Positions 1 through 12,114 of a DNA stretch of 64,000 nt are shown here, piece after piece (the stretch's first letter is position 1; the number at the start of each line of letters is the position of its first letter). The DNA lies in the NCBI RefSeq assembly GCF_006345805.1, contig NC_042998.1, positions 70,370,001 through 70,434,000 on the forward strand, read 5' to 3'. Under the pieces are notes generated by a model that was given only the letters and a program-made list of their open reading frames with translations, was not told the DNA's origin and did not search any database. Made by a program: the position numbers and the translations under genes. The stretch comes from Octopus sinensis. Taxonomy: Eukaryota.

Positions 1-299
1 GATCCCTTACCTGGTGGGCGATGCAGAAACTAGGGATAGACAAGTAGTTAGTAAGAGCTGTACAGGCCCTATACAGGGATGCTGTCAGTAAGGTAAGGGT
101 CGGCAATGAATAAAGTGAAGAATTCCAGGTAGAAGTAGGGGTTCACCAAGGATCAGTCCTCAGCCCCACCACCTCTTATTCATCATAGTCCTCCAGGCAA
201 TAACCGAGGAATTTGAGACAGGCTGGCCCTGGGAGCTCCTCTATGCTGATGACCTTACTCTCAGTTGAATCACTACCAGAACTAGAGAAGAAACTTCAG
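1..299 (+). mobile_element. RTE-clade LINE reverse transcriptase fragment (runs off the window start)
   Basis: WAMQKLGIDK*LVRAVQALY...EVGVHQGSVLSP/LLFIIVLQAITEEF..WELLYADDL, with stops and a frameshift. Confidence 0.9.
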
Positions 300-849
300 G
301 TTTTAGGTTCAGTCCTATTGCAAGGTACTTTAGGCAAGTGTCTTTAACTATAGCAACTAGCTGAGTGGATTTGGCAGATGGAAACTAAAAGAAGCCCATT
401 ATGTATATATATGCATGTGTGTGAGTGTACATACATGTATGTATGTGTGTATGTGTGCGTGTGTATGCTTTGTGCCTCTTTGGTTTGACATTGAGTAATA
501 GTTGTAAATGAGTGTCACTGTCATATAAGCAGTGACATTCATTGCCAATATTCTGTGGAAACATGTCTAGCTGTGGGGAAATATCACCTTGTTTGGAAAT
601 GGGTGAGGGTTGGTAACAGGAAATGCATTCAGCCATAGGAAATCTGCTTCAATACACTCCATCAACCCATACAAGCATGGGAAAGGGAACATTAAAAACT
701 ATGATGATGAAGATGATTCATTTTTTTAAGACCATAGAACATGATTAAAGGGAGACTTGATTGCTATTTCTGGCATGTGGAGTGATCATATCACGATTCC
801 CTTGGCTTATTTTCTTTCCAAGTAAACTGAAGTTTTTATCATTCTAAGT

Positions 850-1078
850 TTAACCCTTTCGTTACCAACCCGGCTGAAACTGGCTCTGGCTCTGTAGTAC
901 AAATGTCTGGTTTTCATAAGTTTCGAATTAAAATCTTCCACCAAACCTTAGTCACAATTTATGTTCCTAACACTAACTTAATGATAACTAAGTTAGTTTA
1001 CTAAATTCTTTGTTATATTTAAAATAATTGAAAGAAACACAGAGTATCTCAAAATAAATACGGTAATGAAAGAGTTAA
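850..1078. mobile_element. piggyBac-type MITE
   Basis: TTAA-ccctttcgttacc ... ggtaatgaaagag-TTAA. Confidence 0.7.
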
Positions 1079-1620
1079 GATGATGTTAAGAAAGGAAACC
1101 AATGGAATCTGAGTCTTGTTCTCTTATAGTGAAGCCTGTATCCTAAAACAGAACTCATTTCTTATTGTACAACATCTATTCTGGTTTTTTCATCTTTGTT
1201 GAACTGATGTATAGGACAGCTGTGACTCCAAGACAGCTTGCTCCAAGAGGAACATGTGTCTCATGGGTATATAAATCTACTGAATCAGCACTTGCATACC
1301 TTCTTTATATTTCTCCAGCCATTGAGATGTTGTGGTTTAATCCTTAGCTAAAACTGATCTATGATCAAAAAGATTCAGGCTATGATTGATTCATCTTTTA
1401 TTTTTTCCAGACAGTTTATCTTGCCTTAAAAATAAATATGTGCTCTTGGCTTCTCTGTGCATAGAAAAATGATGGGGTGGTCATGGCTGGCTTAGCATTA
1501 ATCATGGGTGTGCTCATGTGCTCCTTCAGGGTTGAACTCAGGCTAGACGAGTGATAGTAGAATAATGCCACACTGCCATCATTGATACATCCTACATCAC
1601 TACTGAGTTTATATATATAT

Positions 1621-1655
<35 letters not shown>

Positions 1656-2229
1656 CCACATCAGTTGTCAGGTGGCTAAGAACATAAATACTCTTGGTTT
1701 AAAAATATAGCCTCCTTGTTCAAATCCACCCTTGTCTCATTGGCACATCCAAGAATAAAGTACCTGATGACAACTGGATATTAGACCAACTGAAACATGG
1801 TGTAGATATAAATAATAAAACCCTTATCTCTCAAAATGAGACTAATTAGTCCAAATGATTATACCTGTATACACAATATCCATGTTTACTTACACTAAGA
1901 ATGTATACCTACATGAAATGTGTTTACATACTATAAACATGTTATATGCAATAAATAAGTTTATGTACTATAAACATGTTTAGGTGCAAGATACATGTTT
2001 CATGTACTAAACATATTTACATGCAATAAACCTGTTTACAGTCAATAAACATATTTATATGCAATAAACGTCCTTTGATACAATGATCATGTTTTGATTA
2101 TAAATCTTCCAATTTAGAGTAAGATGATATGATTGTGTTCAGGTGATATATATATTTTACCTCTTTACTGTCCAGCACACCACTAATACCGTCACTTCTC
2201 CAGTCACCACTATTACTATCATCAATTCC

Positions 2230-3720
2230 ATATCAACCACCACAACTGCATTGTGATAAACCATGCAGAGTGGAAATGGATAATTTTGAAGATTTACCTA
2301 GTATGAGCTGTGTGATGTGTAAAATTTGATATAAGGTTGGTAGTAAATTTAGAGGTATTCTCCACAGGAAGACTATGCATAAACTATTGTGGTTGAGAAG
2401 TGTAAGGAATGAAGGATTCACAAAGTTGGTAAGGATCATTTTGGTAAAAGACAAAAAGGATTGATTGCAGTCTGGAAGTTGGAAAAGCTTAAGGGTTTCA
2501 TGATGCTTGGAGACATCCTTTGCAGTTGTAGGGGTGGATGATTTCCCCCAAGTGTTTTAGGTCTTGTGTTTCGCCCAAAATTCTGTACTACAGTTGTAAG
2601 TGAACCATTTGAGATTTTGTGGTTGTGAGTTTTTGAAGTGTGTGGTATGTTCCACTTACTCATCTTGCAGTTTTGATGGGTTTAGACCTGTGCAGCAAGG
2701 ATAGCAACATGAAGAGCTATATAGCTCAAGAGGTGGGAAGAAGCATTATGTAGTATGTGGATGTGGATGTGGTGGGTGGTCACAAACAGGCAGTGATTGG
2801 ATAATGTAGAGATTGTGATAAATTGTTAGGGTTGGGTTTGGTGGTGAGAAAGAGATCATGGGTGTTTGAAGTATGTGCTAATTGGTCATGGTTATGAACA
2901 GTGCTGGATTAACCATGCTTAGGGCATCAAGGGAATGGAAGCACTGCAGAAATGGTAAATGGTTTACAACACAAAAGAAATCACTCTAAACCTGCTAAAA
3001 TAACATTCAAAGTGGTTTATATGATCAGAAATATAACTTTGAAGTGTTCATGGTATCATAGTGAGAATTTGATCAAAGACTTTGCAATTAAAAAAGTAGG
3101 AGAAACATTTTCAAATATAAATAAAGTGGAAGTATACAATAATAAACATTTTCCAGCTTACTGTTAGTTTTGTTTGATTTTTAAAAGTAAAAATTTATCT
3201 TAAGGTGTATTATTGTTTATATTTTAAATTACATTCATATGGGGACATCAACATCTTTTAAGTGCTTAGGACCCCTATGGGTCTTAATCCAGCCCTAGTT
3301 AGGAATATGAGATGAAATTAATTGATGTTGAAATTTGAGGATATTAAAAATATTTGGTTTTTGCATGAGTGGCATCAATATGAGGTAGTGTGAGTGTCTA
3401 GAAGAGTTGCAAGTGTTAAGTCACTAAGAATGACAACACCAGAGAGTAGTGGATTGATGAAGATTTTGTTGATACAGGAAGAGATACAGTTAAAGTTTTG
3501 CAGGAGGTAGGAGGAGTTTGGAGAAAAATTGAGGAAACAGGATGTATTTCGAGGAGGGGAAGAAGGAGGCTTTGAACTAGAGTAACTTGAAGGATGGCAG
3601 AAATAGACTACATATAGATAAGAGGTGAGAGATTTATATCCGAAGAATAGTACGTGTGGTTTGTGTGTTAGTAAGAGGTGACATATTGGGTAAAAGTTAT
3701 ATTGGAACAGAAAAGAAGGA
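2230..3720 (-). mobile_element. Heavily decayed L2/Jockey-like LINE ORF2 (AP endonuclease plus linker), interrupted at about 2960-3400
   Basis: Fragments SPNSSY...ISSCINKI...VILSDLN, HDLFLTTKP, KWFTYNCS...KHKT, ILTNFVNPSFLTL align by eye to APE-domain and linker motifs. Confidence 0.5.
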
Positions 3721-4031
3721 ATCCTGTGGGTTTTAGATATGGGTATCTATGGAAGCATACATAATACTGTGAACTACTACTACGAGTGAAGTTACATGTC
3801 TTAGTGGTTAGGGTCTTGGACTCATGATTGTAAGATTGTGGTTTGGATTCTTGAATCGGGTGATGTGTTGTGCTCTTGAGCAAAACATTGCATTCCATGT
3901 TGCTCCAGTTCACTCAACTGGTAAAAATGAGTAATTCTGCAATGGACCAGCAGCCATCCAGGGAGGAATATATGCACCAGAGAAACCAAGGAAGTGGCCC
4001 TGTGCTCTTTAAGGAGTAATGTGGACCAACC

Positions 4032-4155
<124 letters not shown>

Positions 4156-4749
4156 GTAAAAACATCACGTGCCTGATCCAATGACCTTGCTTCTACAGGG
4201 TCACATGACCCACCAGCTAGAAATGACAGCCACAGCCCCTTAAATCATACCCTGCATCTATCTCTAAAAAAGGAAATGAAAAAAAAAAGAAAAAGAAAAA
4301 AGGCCAATTAAGCTGAGATAATCAAGGCTGAAAAATATTTGGTCATAAATCTATTTGGTCAGGGTTGACATGAAGCTAAATCAATCAACCAGCCAACCAA
4401 CCAACCAACCAGCATGCCTGTTACATAACTTAGTTCTATGACTAATACACTAATAGCAGTGGTAGTGGTGGTGCTTATATTAGACTAACTGCCACCACCA
4501 CGACGACGACCACCACCACCATAACATCCACCAGCATGAGCAGCAGCGCCATCCCCACTACCATCTCTAGCTCCAGCGTCACCACTACATTCATCAAAAC
4601 ACATATCGTTATTGATTAATTAACAAGTAATTATTCAGCCCTGACAACCACTAATTTGGCTAATTTGATTGTTATGGCTGTTTGGTTTATTGCTGTTGTT
4701 GTTGACATTTTATACTATGGTTGTTATATTAAGTATTATGCATACATGT

Positions 4750-4752
4750 ACG

Positions 4753-4785
<33 letters not shown>

Positions 4786-4800
4786 CTACATGTGTGTGTG

Positions 4801-4836
<36 letters not shown>

Positions 4837-4883
4837 CACACACACACACAGATATTTATATATATATATGTGTGTATATATAC

Positions 4884-4914
<31 letters not shown>

Positions 4915-5081
4915 CATATATATACATACACACAGAGATATATATATATATATACATGCACACAGATATATATATATGTATATACACACACACATATATA
5001 TATATATATGTATACATGTATATGTATATATGTTTGTATGTATACATATATATGTATATATGTTTGTATGTATACATATAT

Positions 5082-5117
<36 letters not shown>

Positions 5118-5200
5118 GCATGCATGCACACACACATATGTATATGTATATATGCATGTTTGTAAACGCAGGCATACATACCCACACAGACTCACATGCA
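4750..5200. repeat. Compound (CA)n/(TA)n/(TG)n microsatellite, one of dozens across the window
   Basis: Seen directly; source of the [12 protein letters not shown] ORFs. Confidence 0.97.
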
Positions 5201-5438
5201 CACACATTGTTTCATTTTCAAAGCTCATTAGTTGGGAACAGCTGCTAAAACACTAATCCATTGGGATCCAAGACAAAAGAATTGTCACTTTTACTTCACT
5301 ATTATATACTTAGTAAAAGACTATTATGTGTTGTGCATAGAACAATATGGATCGGTTTTCGGAGGGACGGGAGCAGGGGTGGGGGATTATTTCTGAATAA
5401 CTGAACTCCCTAAGGCAGCTGACTACATAGTCTTACAC

Positions 5439-5496
<58 letters not shown>

Positions 5497-5704
5497 GCAC
5501 ACACACACATGTATATATATATACATATGTATGCATGCGTACAAAAAGATAGGCAGTATACATGTCTATATCTCTAACTCTCAGTCTGTCTGCCTGTCAA
5601 TCTGTCTATCTATCCATCTCTTTGTCTGTGCATCCGTCTGTCTGTCTCTCTGTATGTCTGTTTCTCTGTCTATCTGTCTGTCTGTCTGTCTCTTTATCTT
5701 TTGA

Positions 5705-5746
<42 letters not shown>

Positions 5747-6740
5747 CATATATATACATACACGTGCATATATATGTATACATATGCATATATTCGTGTG
5801 TATGTGTAAATAACCATTTATTCAAAGCTGAAGCTTTATCCAGAATGAAGCTTTAGATTTGTATACATGAATAACATCCCTATAATTGCTGGGTATCTTT
5901 TTCTTGAGTTTGTACATTTACATAATATACACACTCACAAACAAACAAACACACACACACACATGCACACACACACACACACACACACACAAATACAAAT
6001 CTATATTTGTTTGTTGTAATTACACATGATGTTCAGACCTTATTATAGATGTATGTGTTTGTAATATATACGCATATGTGTGTGTGTGTGTGCGTATGTA
6101 TATATAGACACATAGATGAATGGAGAGTGACATGCATACGCAGACCGATAAATAGCTATATTTAATATGAAATTGTGTTTATTAGTTAATTATCTAATGA
6201 TATAAGCATTATAAGAATGGCTTGATGTTGTTTGTAAAGACATCAGTAATTTAATTGAATTATAAAGAGAAGTATTTGTCTTGGACTGAGTTGCTCATAA
6301 ATCCAGCTGTCCATCATCATTTTGATGGCCTCATCTCTTATAAACCCATTACCTCTCCGTACATGACAACCTACCCTCCTATATTCATAGCTTCAAGATT
6401 AAATGGTTTCTTTCTTTTTTAAGGAAACAAACTTCTAAGGCAATTAGTGTCAACATCACAGCTAATACCTTCATAAATAAGAGAAGCCTCTGTGCAATAG
6501 TTCAGCATACAAGAAATAATAGCCAGATCTTCCTCAATCATGTTGTTATTCTTTTATTTTTTTTTTACTTGTTTCAGTCATTTGACTGTGGCCATGCTTG
6601 AGCACCATCTTAAAGGGTTTTAGTCAAAGAAATCAACCCCAGGACTTATTCTTTGTAATCCTAGTACTTATTCTATCAGTCTCTTTTGTTGAACCGTTAA
6701 GTTATGTGCCCTACAACTTAAAAAAACAAGAGAAAGGCCA

Positions 6741-7110
6741 TCAGGTGTACTGTTGGTGGATTTCAGGAAGCATAGAAGTTTTGAAGGATGTAGTGCCTCG
6801 ACAGCTAACTGATGTGGGTAGTTTATTCCAAGCTTCAGCAATTTTGAGTGTGAAAAAGTGTTTCCAAAAGTCATGGGTGCTGTGTTTTTTTTTTTATTTT
6901 ATAATCATGTCTGCGAGTGTTTGTCGTATGGAATTCAAAATGGTGCCCAAGGTTGTTGTTGGAAAGATGGTGGATAGGCTTGTGGGTGTCTACCAAGTCA
7001 GTTGCCAGATGTCTGAGCTTCAATATATCCATACCCAGGGAAGCAAGACATTCAGAGTATGGTAGATGTCTGATGGCGGGTATTTGCTTTGTTGCACATT
7101 TCTAAACAGT
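6741..7110 (-). mobile_element. CR1-clade LINE ORF2 3' end
   Basis: HLPYSECLASLGMDILKLRHLATDL...TRRHDYKI...FFTLKIAEAWNKLP...SFK, the typical CR1 C-terminal motif series. Confidence 0.8.
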
Positions 7111-7339
7111 TTCCAGGAGGGCCACTTGCCATCATCATTGTAATATTTGTTGTAATGATTGTCATCATTATTGGTGTCATCATCATCATCATCATCATCA
7201 TCATCAACACCAACACTGCCAAAACTATCAGCACATTATCCTTATTTCCTTATTACCATTGCACAGACATTCTATTTTACAAAAAGTGGGATGTCATATG
7301 GTGCCAGCCATACCATGGCAACTTTTATAGTTGTTCCTT

Positions 7340-7630
7340 CTCGAGCCACACCTGGCACATAAGGGCCAGTTTCCCGGTTTCCTTGGCGTATAGGTTCCCC
7401 ACCTGGACGGGACACCGGTCCGTCACAGGTGAGTTGCAAGATGCAGGAGGAAAGAGTGAGAGAATGTTGTGGCAAAAGAGTCAGCAGAAGTTTGCCATTA
7501 CCTTCTGCCGAAGCCGTGTGGAGCTTAGGTGTTTCACTCATAAATACACAAATCGCCCGGTCTGAGATTCGAACCCGTGATCCCTCGACTGCGAGTCCGC
7601 TGCTCTAACTACTAGGCCAAGTGCCTCCAC
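7340..7630 (-). mobile_element. tRNA-headed SINE family C with a conserved central domain
   Basis: Minus: A-box tggcctagtagttagagc, B-box gggttcgaatctc, centre gacggaccggtgtcccgtccagg resembling the V/Meta-SINE central domain (from memory). Related copies at about 3800-4030(+) and 27835-28080(+). Confidence 0.8.
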
Positions 7631-8252
7631 TCAACTTTTATAGGAATACATGTGTGTGTGTGTGCATTTGTTGTTGCTGTTGTTGTTGATTAGTCCTAGG
7701 CAAATGCAGATCCACCTGACTTACGATTAAAGATGTTTCAGCTGTGACGATCTCATGTTTTATTCAGATATAATATCTCTCAAACTAGACTAACGAATGT
7801 GTTATTTTCCTTTAAAGTGTGTGGTTTGGCTGATATTTCTAGCAAGTTGTGTTATCAGTTAGAGGCTCACTCATTAGCATGTGTGTGTATGTAGCCAAGG
7901 CTATGCTAGAGCACTGTCTTACATATATGCATTTGTTTCCATGTGTTAATGTGTGTGTATTAATGTATGTGTGGATGTATATCTGTTCATTTGTTTAACA
8001 TCCATTTTCCCATGCTGGCATGGGTTGGACAGTGAGTTAATCGAAGCAGGAGTTTACAACTGGTTTCTTTACCTGTCGCCAACCTTTACCTGTTTTTCAA
8101 GTAAGGGATGTTTTTTATTTTTTATTCCAGATGTATTCAAATTCACAAAGTGACCAGTCATAATGTCTGCAAAGAATGTCTTCAATATCAATGTTTCACC
8201 CAAGTGCTGGCGGGTGTGGAATATCAACATTCACCCACCCACATTTGCAGAC

Positions 8253-8326
<74 letters not shown>

Positions 8327-8585
8327 ACACAGACACACACACACACAAAGTTGTATGGTTAAGTTTTAGATCTACATGTTCAAGGTCTCAATCCCACTGC
8401 TGGATGTTGTCATCTGATGTCCTTTAGTATAGCTGGTAGGTTGACCAGTACCTTGCAAGTGAAACTGATAGACAGAAAATAGAAGCCCAGCATGTATATA
8501 AACACACTTATATATACCTCCATATAACCACACATGCTTTTTTTGGACTATTCTTTTCTTTTTCTCTGGACTTCTTCCTCTTTCC

Positions 8586-8625
8586 TCTTCCTGATGAAGA
8601 GCCACACTTGGAAACGTCACAACCC
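8586..8625 (+). ncRNA. Hammerhead-like motif (ACGT-type stem III) in a Penelope-type repeat; stem I lost
   Basis: CTGATGA a gag ccaca ctt g GAAACGTC. The flanking repeat (about 8560-8730) is homologous, inverted, to 24000-24140. Confidence 0.4.
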
Positions 8626-9209
8626 CTATTTTTTTCCAACTTACTTCCTCTGAGCATCAATCTAATATATTAACTGTGTACATCCTTTTGACTTTTGTTG
8701 TTTTTCCTGTTTTTGTTTTGATTTGCCTATACACACACATGTACACACATAGTTATACTCACACACACACATACACATACACATATATATATGTATGTGT
8801 GTGTTTGTGTACATGAATTAGTATCTTCCCTTGTCTTCACATGTGTTGGCTTATTGCAAACAAAGGCCTCACTCTTCACATGGTGTCATTTGTTTGCATG
8901 TCCTGGCTTCTAGCCATGTCTTGTCATGTAGCATGATCTTTGTAAACAAAAGGCTCATTCAAATGATGTTGTTTGTTCCCATTTCTCTACATAACCCTGT
9001 CTGGGTTGTTCATTGTTCGATAGACAGTAGGGGTCATTACTTCATTACTTAGCCTGGAAACAGGTGAGGGTTGGAACTAGGAAAGACATCAGGCTTTTGA
9101 AAACTCTGCTTTGGTGTATTCTCGTTTGACCCTTGTAAGCATGGAAAAGTGGCTGTTAAAATGATGATGATTGTGACAAAGATAATGTTATATACGTATC
9201 ATCATTATC

Positions 9210-9730
9210 ATCATTTAATGTTCACTTTCAATGCTGTCATGTGTTGGACAGTTTGAAGAGAGCTAGCAAGCTGGAGGGCTAAGCCAAGCTCTATTGTCTG
9301 TTTTGGCATGGATTCTAGCTGGATGCTCTTTTTAATGCCAACCACTTTACAGAGTGTACTGGGTGCTTTTTCAGGGCACCAGCACTGGCTGGGTCACCAA
9401 GTACCTTGCAAAACAGGGCAAAGTATGAGTGTGCCTATTTAGCTCTCAGGTGGTTATAGTTGTTGAAATGTTGAGTGTAATGATTGAAATACAGGGAAAG
9501 CCTGATGGGGCATTGAGAATGGAGGTGAGGCAGAGCTTCATACATACAAGCATAGGATATCAATTCTGTTGTGGTGGACAGGTTTTCTAAAGTACAGCAA
9601 AGCTTCAGATATCTCAGTCCTCTGTCATCTCTTTAAGCTTCAGCATCTTAAGATTGGCCCTCAATACTTTGTCCAGTGTCTTCCTGAGTCTCCCTCTTCC
9701 TCAAGTCCCTTCCACTTTATGTGATCGACA
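9210..9730 (-). mobile_element. Decayed RTE LINE 3' end
   Basis: Minus translation GRGRLRKTLDKVLRANLKML at about 9600-9720, plus the 3'-end repeat at 9210-9400. Confidence 0.6.
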
Positions 9731-9905
9731 TTTCTAAAATTGTATACATCTGAATTATATAAATATATATCCACACACATGATAGGCTTCCTCAATTTCT
9801 GTCTACCAGAGTCACCTACAAGACATTACTCAATGTGAAGTTAGGGCCCTATAGTTAAATTAAAGTGCTGTACTGTAGGACTGAACACAAAACTTCATGC
9901 TTATC

Positions 9906-9944
<39 letters not shown>

Positions 9945-10356
9945 ACTTTTGTTGTTTGTTTATGATATGTTATACGTGGCCAAACATCATCTCTAGCTGA
10001 ATTTAACCAGATATTAAAACAAGCTATACCAACATCATAATGTTTCCATCTGTGATGTGACCTATTCTAAGTTCAATTCATGCTTCAGTTCATTTTTCTC
10101 TTTCATTTATCAAGGGTTATGAAATAAGCACTAGTCAAGAATAGTGCCAAATTCAGTTCATTAAACCATTTAGCCACTCACAAATACCCATATTTTTGTG
10201 CTGAATATTGTTATTTCTTGTTCTTTAATCATACACATACACACACACATGATAATTATATAAGAAATGATATTTGGCACAAGAACAAAAATGAGCTGAG
10301 AAAAATAACTCAGAGTAGCCAGGAGGGCATGTATTTCAGCAATACAGACATATATT

Positions 10357-10799
10357 AGGCATATCAAATACCTTATAACATAAATTTTTGATTTATTAAA
10401 ATTATTTCCACTTCCAGAGGATATATCATGATAACCAAATGGCAATTGAGACCAGTCCCATATGAGAAATGATATCTCAAAAATCAAGAATCAAAAGTTC
10501 CCCAGCAGTGACATGCCATTTACTCAATAGTTACTGAACATGTAGGATAATTGTCTTGCTGATGAAACCTATTGAGACAGAATCAATGTGTCCACAAATG
10601 TCCTCTTATCTCCAAACAATAAGCTTATCCTTTTCTTTTACAGTATGTCGACTTTGGAAAATTGTCGTTTCTTGAAATTATTTCCGCTTCTTACATGGAG
10701 CTACTCTCAAATGCCATTTAATAATTATGACATCTTCTCTTGAGATAGAGATAATCTTAATAAATCAGGAATTTATGTTGTATGGTATTTGATATGCCT
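10357..10799. repeat. Old diverged foldback (about 160-bp arms)
   Basis: aggcatatcaaatacc... / ...ggtatttgatatgcct; the arms still align through aaatggcaattgaga / tctcaaatgccattt. Confidence 0.7.
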
Positions 10800-11612
10800 T
10801 TATTTGTTTAACTATATCTATATTATATATCTCTGTCTTTCATTCTTTCTTTCTTTCTTTCTGTGTGTGTGTGTGCACGCTTATATATATATGTGTATAT
10901 ATATATATGTATATATATATGTATGTATGTATGTATGCATGCATGTATATATGTACACACACATACACATCCACACAGACATACACACACACACACTTAC
11001 ATACATGGAGTTCTGTAATGTGAAATGTACTTCCTCTTTGATTTCCATGATTATTGATAGTTCTTGTCTCATAAAAACTGGCTCTAAAATAGGTCTTGAA
11101 TTACAAAACCTCATGTTTATGTCAAGATCTCTAGCCACCACAGGATGATTTCTCTAACATGCTGTATGCCCCATATGTATGCATGTGTGTGCGTGTGTAC
11201 TTTATGTACCCTCTAACCTTCTTTCAAGATTTGTTCTTCTTAGAATTCTCCTGTTTATACACATGTTCAAAAAATGCATATAATGTCCACTCAAGAATTC
11301 ATGTACACACACACACCACATACATATGCACACAAAGACACTTGCTCTATTACTGTTTGTTGTTTGTTACGATGTTACCAATTCTTATTACTGTTCTGTT
11401 AGGTTTGGAGATTAAAGTTGGTGAGTTCACTTTTCTTATCTCCTCTAGAATTCACTTCTAAACTCCTCCACCTCTACTACTGCAACTTGGCAGTTTCTTT
11501 TTTCTTTACTTTTTTTTCTTTCCTTGAACCAAGCCTATGTTTATACATACATACATACATGCATATATATATTCATATATATATACATACATTACATACA
11601 CATATATGTGTG

Positions 11613-11670
<58 letters not shown>

Positions 11671-11942
11671 CAGGATGTCCATAAAGTTCATTACAATATT
11701 GAGTTTAAAAGTATGGAAGTTGTAAAGATAATTTATGGACATGATGCACACACATGTATATATATTGTGTTTAGCGGTGCACAGTACCCAGGGTTTTTGA
11801 CTCAAGTTGAATATAACAAACTACTCCATGTTGTTGTTAGAGTATTCACTTAAGTGGAGTCAAGACTGGTTAGTTTGTGCTGCCATTGAGTCATGTTAGC
11901 TGTAATAATCAAGTCAAACCAAATAGTGATATTTTGAAATCA

Positions 11943-12017
11943 TTTAATACGCATGTTTCTGGTTTATGCATTTTAAGGTAGGATATGTATCCATTACGTA
12001 AACCTTCCTCAGTTAAA
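11943..12017 (-). ncRNA. Type I hammerhead ribozyme motif, core intact
   Basis: Minus strand: tttaa-CTGAGGA-a ggttta...taaacc a-GAA-AC atgc GT-A-ttaaa. Stem I extends (gaaat/atttc) past a 2x2 internal loop; GUA cleavage triplet. The first stem II pair is an A-A mismatch. Confidence 0.7.
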
Positions 12018-12039
12018 GCATTTCACAATTTTGAAATGC

Positions 12040-12114
12040 TTTAACTGGGGAAAGTTTACATAATGGATCTATTTCCTATTATATGTTATGTAAACCTGAA
12101 ACATACATGTTAAA
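12040..12114 (+). ncRNA. Degenerate hammerhead motif, the inverted twin of 11943-12017
   Basis: tttaa-CTGGGGA-aagtttacataa...ttatgtaaacct-GAA-AC atac AT-G-ttaaa. Core and cleavage-site substitutions, probably inactive. Confidence 0.55.

Noticed and set aside
4656-5256. Many ORFs of [12 protein letters not shown] type here and throughout the track
   Set aside because: They are translations of (TA)n, (CA)n and (TG)n microsatellites, which lack stops in most frames.
6598-7065. 155-aa + strand ORF
   Set aside because: It is a SINE tail plus the antisense of a CR1 3' end.
7550-7630. tRNA-like sequence
   Set aside because: It is the pol III head of a SINE and continues into the SINE body; not a tRNA gene.
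10644-10720. Strong + acceptor (ccttttcttttacag) as an exon start
   Set aside because: All frames close before a donor, and the sequence is one arm of the 10357-10799 foldback.
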